This document shows, in pieces, positions 1 to 6,326 of a stretch of 6,326 bases of DNA. The position numbers and the translations under genes are program-made. The notes under the pieces were generated by a model. That model was given only the letters and a program-made list of their open reading frames with translations, ran no database searches and had not been told where the DNA came from. This DNA is from Candidatus Thorarchaeota archaeon (lineage in GTDB: Archaea > Asgardarchaeota > Heimdallarchaeia > Hodarchaeales > Hodarchaeaceae), in NCBI GenBank assembly GCA_048882505.1, contig JBHLRO010000057.1, positions 1 through 6,326 on the forward strand, in the 5' to 3' direction. The stretch's first letter is position 1. Each line of letters begins with the position of its first letter.

Positions 1-1
1 A

Positions 2-82
2 ACGCGTTGGGTGATATCATGGAGGAATTATGACAAGACAAGAATAAAGACGAGAAAAGGAGATTTCTTTATTCCCTTCTAA
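2..82 (+). CDS. Probable 3' end of an upstream protein-coding gene (partial, unknown product)
   Basis: Frame 2 is open from the window edge: TRWVISWRNYDKTRIKTRKGDFFIPF, then TAA at 80-82. It reads as protein-like, but the frame 1 alternative (NALGDIMEEL, TGA at 31-33) cannot be excluded. Confidence 0.35.
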   Translation, partial: TRWVISWRNYDKTRIKTRKGDFFIPF

Positions 83-102
83 AGTCCCTCAAATCCAAGC
101 AC

Positions 103-157
103 AAACCATTTATACCTCATTTGGTATTAGGAGGAATTACCTCAATTAATTATATAT
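103..157 (+). promoter_or_regulatory. Candidate tandem archaeal TATA promoters for the 23S transcription unit
   Basis: AAAcca-TTTATA at 103-114 and TTATATAT at 150-157 lie in an AT-rich gap directly upstream of the structured rRNA leader. The match to archaeal BRE/TATA consensus is by eye only. Confidence 0.5.
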
Positions 158-182
158 AGTACGGTACACTAATATATGAGGC

Positions 183-231
183 TTTACCTGATGCACCCGG
201 TGAGGATTTTTTCTTGCCGGGGAAGGGTAAG
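183..231 (+). other. Structured pre-rRNA 5' leader hairpin
   Basis: cccgg (196-200) pairs with ccggg (217-221) and extends inward through t-gagga/ttctt-g around a TTTT loop. The outer ttacct (184-189) pairs with gggtaa (225-230). Confidence 0.5.
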
Positions 232-271
232 AGGGTGAGGGTTGGAGACGGCCTGAACCTTATGATTACCG

Positions 272-310
272 ATTATACGCAACCTGGACGTATGTTGAGT
301 CGACATGCTA

Positions 311-318
<8 letters not shown>
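272..318 (+). other. 5' arm of 23S rRNA processing stem (with BHB-like motif)
   Basis: attatacgcaacctg (272-286) is the exact reverse complement of caggttgcgtataat (3268-3282), 15 bp. tgttgagtcgaca (293-305) pairs with tgtcggctcggca (3249-3261), 13 bp including G-U. cggctag (312-318) pairs with ctagccg (3231-3237). Confidence 0.9.
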
Positions 319-3230
<2,912 letters not shown>

Positions 3231-3238
<8 letters not shown>

Positions 3239-3282
3239 GCAACGGCATTGTCGGCTCGGCAGTTACACAGGTTGCGTATAAT
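3231..3282 (+). other. 3' arm of 23S rRNA processing stem
   Basis: Complementary to 272-318 as detailed for the 5' arm. Confidence 0.9.
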
Positions 3283-3283
3283 A

Positions 3284-3294
3284 TTTCTATTTTT
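3284..3294 (+). terminator. Candidate archaeal T-rich terminator after 23S processing stem
   Basis: tttctattttt lies immediately after the stem. Confidence 0.55.
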
Positions 3295-3318
3295 CAATTA
3301 GGAACATAAACTAGCGGA

Positions 3319-3397
3319 GCAACCGTGTAACTGTAGTGCTTATTCGGATCTATCGTTTTGAATCTGAGAATGAGCACGGACCAGTTACACAGGTTGC
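3319..3397 (+). ncRNA. Predicted long RNA hairpin resembling a miniature processing stem (possible small RNA)
   Basis: gcaacc/ggttgc, gtgtaactg/cagttacac, gtgcttattc (3336-3345)/gaatgagcac (3368-3377) and ggat/atct close a ~12-nt loop. Expression is unknown. Confidence 0.4.
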
Positions 3398-3406
3398 GTA
3401 TAATAC

Positions 3407-3418
3407 TTCTATTTTTTT
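3407..3418 (+). terminator. Second T-rich terminator candidate
   Basis: ttctattttttt ends repeat copy 2. Confidence 0.5.
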
Positions 3419-3453
3419 GTTTCGGAATTTTGACCTAGCCCCGGGGCATTCCC

Positions 3454-3469
3454 ACAAAATCTTTTTAAA
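3454..3469 (+). promoter_or_regulatory. Candidate BRE/TATA promoter for the zinc-ribbon membrane protein genes
   Basis: acaaaatc-TTTTTAAA lies upstream of the + strand ORFs. Confidence 0.4.
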
Positions 3470-3578
3470 TGAACATTGTATCTAAATAAAATGGTCCAAG
3501 GCAACTATATATGGAGGAAGGTCAATTCTTAAGAAATATGAAATCATAGACCGACAAATACCAAAAGAATACCTGATT

Positions 3579-3911
3579 TTGAGTGGTTTGATAATGGGTC
3601 TCATGATATTTATTGGATTTTCATATTTACCTCTAGTGGTGGCCCATGGGAATCAGAATTATCCTGAGAATAATATCTATACACTCCAGGTTTTCTATAT
3701 TTATCTTTTCATGTGTACAGTATTTACCATAACATTCATAGGTTTAAATTTTTATCAGGAATATTGGGCAAGAAAACATGGAATGATCTATAAAGACTTT
3801 AAAGAATTTGCACGAGGAAAGGCGCATTGTATAAAATGTAATAATCTTATCAAAGTGAGCGCATCCTTGATAATGTGTCCGAACTGTGGATATGAATTTG
3901 GAAAGGAATGA
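3579..3911 (+). CDS. Small membrane protein: two predicted TM helices plus C-terminal zinc ribbon (start uncertain)
   Basis: Hydrophobic segments GLIMGLMIFIGFSYLPLVVA and LQVFYIYLFMCTVFTITFIGLNFY precede CIKC-x12-CPNC. The frame is open upstream to 3486 with no ATG. Confidence 0.7.
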   Translation: MSGLIMGLMIFIGFSYLPLVVAHGNQNYPENNIYTLQVFYIYLFMCTVFTITFIGLNFYQEYWARKHGMIYKDFKEFARGKAHCIKCNNLIKVSASLIMCPNCGYEFGKE

Positions 3912-3930
3912 TAAATCATAGTCATGGATA

Positions 3931-4356
3931 GTGGAATTAATGAGCGTAAATTATTGCCCTAAGTGCAATGAATTAGTAGATGTCTATAGCTATTGTCCTA
4001 ATTGTAATGATAAAGTGAAAGAAGAATCTTATTGTCTTTCATGCGACAAGATCGTTGATGTATCTAGAAGAACTTGTGTACATTGTAAAACCGAAACTGT
4101 AAGGTTTTTTGGGTATACAGAACGGGTTGCACCTTACATAGCTACTATTTTATTGCTGTATATTGGTGGAATAATAGGTTTAGTATTAATATTTGATTTT
4201 TTAATAATGTTTATCGGGATTTCAATATTCTCGATCTTATTTGTGATTGGTATTTATGCTTGGTGGATTCCTCATTCGAAGGCTTATGACAAGGATCTTG
4301 AGAAGGGGAGAAAGTTATTTGACGAAAGGAATGAGGATTTGAAAGAAGACATATAA
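3931..4356 (+). CDS. Double zinc-ribbon membrane protein (4x CxxC followed by two TM helices)
   Basis: CPKC, CPNC, CLSC and CVHC are followed by a hydrophobic hairpin (IATILLLYIGGIIGLVLIFDFLIMFIGISIFSILFVIGIYAWWI) and an acidic/basic tail. The start could be ATG 3940 rather than GTG 3931. Confidence 0.8.
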   Translation: MELMSVNYCPKCNELVDVYSYCPNCNDKVKEESYCLSCDKIVDVSRRTCVHCKTETVRFFGYTERVAPYIATILLLYIGGIIGLVLIFDFLIMFIGISIFSILFVIGIYAWWIPHSKAYDKDLEKGRKLFDERNEDLKEDI

Positions 4357-4368
4357 TTATGTTGTGAA

Positions 4369-5286
4369 TTAAAAAAGAGATTGTTGAATCGAGTCTCCAA
4401 TTAAGTCATCCCATATCATTTTCATCGATTTTCCCTCAAAACTTTCAACCCTAGACTTTAAATTTTCGATAATACCTTTATAAGTTTTCTTTCTTGAAAT
4501 ATGTAATAGGTGATAATAATATCGATCGCTTCTATCTTTACCGATTCTAATTTTTGTTACATAAACTCCTCTTTTTTTTATTTGAGAAATATATTGATCT
4601 AGAACTTCATCACAATTTGAGCAATTTTGTAGTGCATCAAGGGATGAACCAAAATATAATTTCTTTTTTTGGTCTGGAATTCTTTCAACTAGACGAGTTT
4701 GAAAATTCAGTATTACATCAAACATCGTTAAGTTTAATAACATTTTAAGTGAATCCCATTTAAGTTGAAAACCACTTTGATCTAAATACGCAAAAACATA
4801 ATGATTTTCATAATTATTACAAGCTGATTTTATCATATTATTAGCATCATTTTCTTGAATAGATACATTACATTTAAAATAGTTATTTGCAGTGAATATA
4901 TCTGTCAGTGTACTAATTGATTTTTTGGAAATATCACCATAAATATATGATTTAAACCTATAATCTGTCATTGTTGTGGAGATTATTGGTGATCCAAGGG
5001 TCCATGATGTTTTGGTACCATTGGGGTTTTTAAGTGGTGTAATACCAGATCCACAAAAGGGGTCTAAAAACAATGTCTTTTTAATATGATTGTTTTTAAG
5101 GATTTTTCCAAAAGGTGTTAAACAATATGCTAAGGAGATGTTTTTCAGAATAGTCCAATACCCGACTTGATAATCTTGGTCTGAGATGCTATCAAGATAT
5201 GACAGAATAATAGGTTTGGTAGGTCCTTTATAAATTTCATCGGATTTATTTCTAAGGTTCCCTGAATGTTCATATGCCCATTGCAT
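4369..5286 (-). CDS. tcmP: Three-Cys-motif partner protein TcmP family (SAM-dependent methyltransferase-like Rossmann fold)
   Basis: Family-typical motifs occur in order: GYWTILK (WTxxK), LFLDPFCGSG (SAM-binding motif I), GSP, ENDAN, FAYLDQSGFQLKW (FxDPxG-like), DVILNF and YYYHLLHIS. Family assigned from motif recall, not a search. Confidence 0.8.
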   Translation of the reverse strand: MQWAYEHSGNLRNKSDEIYKGPTKPIILSYLDSISDQDYQVGYWTILKNISLAYCLTPFGKILKNNHIKKTLFLDPFCGSGITPLKNPNGTKTSWTLGSPIISTTMTDYRFKSYIYGDISKKSISTLTDIFTANNYFKCNVSIQENDANNMIKSACNNYENHYVFAYLDQSGFQLKWDSLKMLLNLTMFDVILNFQTRLVERIPDQKKKLYFGSSLDALQNCSNCDEVLDQYISQIKKRGVYVTKIRIGKDRSDRYYYHLLHISRKKTYKGIIENLKSRVESFEGKSMKMIWDDLIGDSIQQSLF

Positions 5287-5316
5287 CGGGTTTTTTTCAC
5301 TCCCATAATAATCTCC

Positions 5317-6180
5317 CTACCCAATACAATTGCATTTTATTTTCTTATAATCCAAATGCATTTCCTTCCACATTCCAACAGTTTCTTTACACATTGCTAT
5401 CTGACACTTATTATCGTATTGTTTTACCTTATCTATAAGGTGAGAATACATATTAAATCTTATGTTATCAGGGGCTTTTAAACCCCAATTTGAGCGGTCA
5501 TTCAGGTATTTAACCCAAGTTTTATCTTCACAATTATTAATGGTACTTTGTAATCCTCGCAAGGTCCCAAAAGTAATCCTTTGAGGTTTTAGGTTCGTAT
5601 ATATAAGATCTACCAATTCCTCATACCGCCTTCCCCAATTCTTAACCGGGACCATTGGATCTATCCTAACTCTGATAGTGTAACCTGCGTCTACCAACTT
5701 CTTTGCAGCTTTTAATCGATAAGTCGGGGAGGGTGCCCTTTTCTCCCATTTTTTTGCAACAGGAAGGGCATTCAGACTAAAACTGACAATTACATTCTTT
5801 TGAGATTCAGATTCCAACAACCCCTTTACAGCAGCTGACTTTGTTAGAATCAAAAGTTTATGTCTTCTTTGTTGTTTGAATATAGGAATGATATCTCTAC
5901 TTAATGAAAATCCATTTCCCTCATATACCAATGAATCTGATAATTCACCGGAATTGAGAACCGTTGGTTCTTTCTCGGTTTCCAGAAATTCCTGAAGATG
6001 AGATATAATTTTATCCTTGTTTTTTAGATATGGTGCTTTACCCATGGGCCGAAATCTCATTGTTCCATTAAGATAGCACCATGAACAATCAAATTTACAT
6101 CCATTGGCCCATTTTAATTCAACAAAATGTGGACAAACCACATCATTATCATTTACTGGGTATGGTGTTTTATCGAACAT
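5317..6180 (-). CDS. Radical SAM protein, spore photoproduct lyase-like family; true start probably 6279 (interrupted by TAA)
   Basis: CKFDCSWC (CxxxCxxC) lies in GCxFxCxWCYL context, followed by NSGELSDSL, LILTKS, VSFSLN, RVRIDPMVP and ITFGTLR, which match SPL-like TIM-barrel motifs. The frame stays open 28 codons upstream of 6180, up to TAA at 6267-6265. Confidence 0.85.
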   Translation of the reverse strand: MFDKTPYPVNDNDVVCPHFVELKWANGCKFDCSWCYLNGTMRFRPMGKAPYLKNKDKIISHLQEFLETEKEPTVLNSGELSDSLVYEGNGFSLSRDIIPIFKQQRRHKLLILTKSAAVKGLLESESQKNVIVSFSLNALPVAKKWEKRAPSPTYRLKAAKKLVDAGYTIRVRIDPMVPVKNWGRRYEELVDLIYTNLKPQRITFGTLRGLQSTINNCEDKTWVKYLNDRSNWGLKAPDNIRFNMYSHLIDKVKQYDNKCQIAMCKETVGMWKEMHLDYKKIKCNCIG

Positions 6181-6286
6181 TTTAATTATTGAACCGTCAC
6201 CAACAGCAGTAATCCTCTGTTTGATATCTCCCTTGATGGTTAAAACATTCTCAGTACTTGGAAATTAGTATTTAGACATAAGTGCA

Positions 6287-6325
6287 TCACCATTTGAGAA
6301 GATACTGGATGGGATGCACTATGTC
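6287..6325 (-). CDS. Probable 3' end of an upstream operon gene (partial, unknown)
   Basis: The minus frame reads DIVHPIQYLLKW then TGA. The TGA (6289-6287) is embedded in the GGTGAT Shine-Dalgarno preceding ATG 6279, typical of translational coupling. Only 12 codons are visible. Confidence 0.4.
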   Translation of the reverse strand, partial: DIVHPIQYLLKW

Positions 6326-6326
6326 C

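Larger units (their letters stand above)
3260..3416. repeat. 35-nt direct repeat (3260-3294 and 3382-3416, one mismatch) with an internal inverted copy (3319-3333)
   Basis: cagttacacaggttgcgtataata[t/c]ttctattttt occurs twice, 122 nt apart. gcaaccgtgtaactg (3319-3333) is the reverse complement of cagttacacaggttgc minus one base. Confidence 0.95.

Noticed and set aside
30-149. GGAGG-preceded ATG at 30 giving MTRQE-stop, with the frame continuing to 149
   Set aside because: The downstream translation is not convincingly protein-like, and frame 2 explains the region better as a gene end.
195-223. Leader hairpin loosely resembling the archaeal 16S 5' end (ccggt...cttgccgg vs UCCGGUUGAUCCUGCCGG)
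   Set aside because: The match is short and gapped and is explained by a generic GC hairpin. No other 16S sequence is present.
3260-3416. CRISPR array interpretation of the 35-nt repeats
   Set aside because: There are only two direct copies, the 87-nt spacer is too long, no cas genes are present, and the repeat is explained as the rRNA processing-stem arm plus T-tract.
3295-3480. 5S rRNA or tRNA downstream of the 23S
   Set aside because: No 5S conserved motifs and no cloverleaf or T-loop GTTCRA are present. The hairpin there is built from processing-stem sequence.
4554-5481. Plus-strand ORFs 4554-4748 and 5266-5481
   Set aside because: They are antisense to well-supported tcmP and radical SAM genes, with low-complexity translations typical of AT-rich shadows.
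5317-6279. Genome-wide stop-codon reassignment as the explanation for the in-frame TAA
   Set aside because: TAA terminates the 3931-4356 and 4369-5286 ORFs normally, and no other internal TAA interrupts the recognisable genes.

Overview
Archaeal genomic window. A complete, stand-alone 23S rRNA gene (~311-3238, +) resembles Thermoplasmatota sequences; that lineage call is from recall only. No 16S, tRNA-Ala or 5S gene flanks it. It sits inside a long processing stem (272-318 pairing with 3231-3282) that carries a relaxed bulge-helix-bulge. Downstream, the 3' arm of that stem and its T-tract are duplicated (35 nt, 1 mismatch), with an inverted copy in between, so two mutually exclusive folds are possible. 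The 23S shows several compensated base-pair swaps at normally highly conserved functional sites. Two small zinc-ribbon membrane-protein genes follow on +. They converge on a minus-strand operon: an unknown partial gene, a spore-photoproduct-lyase-like radical SAM gene and a TcmP-family SAM-dependent methyltransferase-like gene. The radical SAM gene's best start (ATG 6279 with a Shine-Dalgarno) is followed by an in-frame TAA at codon 5. ORF-track calls inside the rRNA are spurious.
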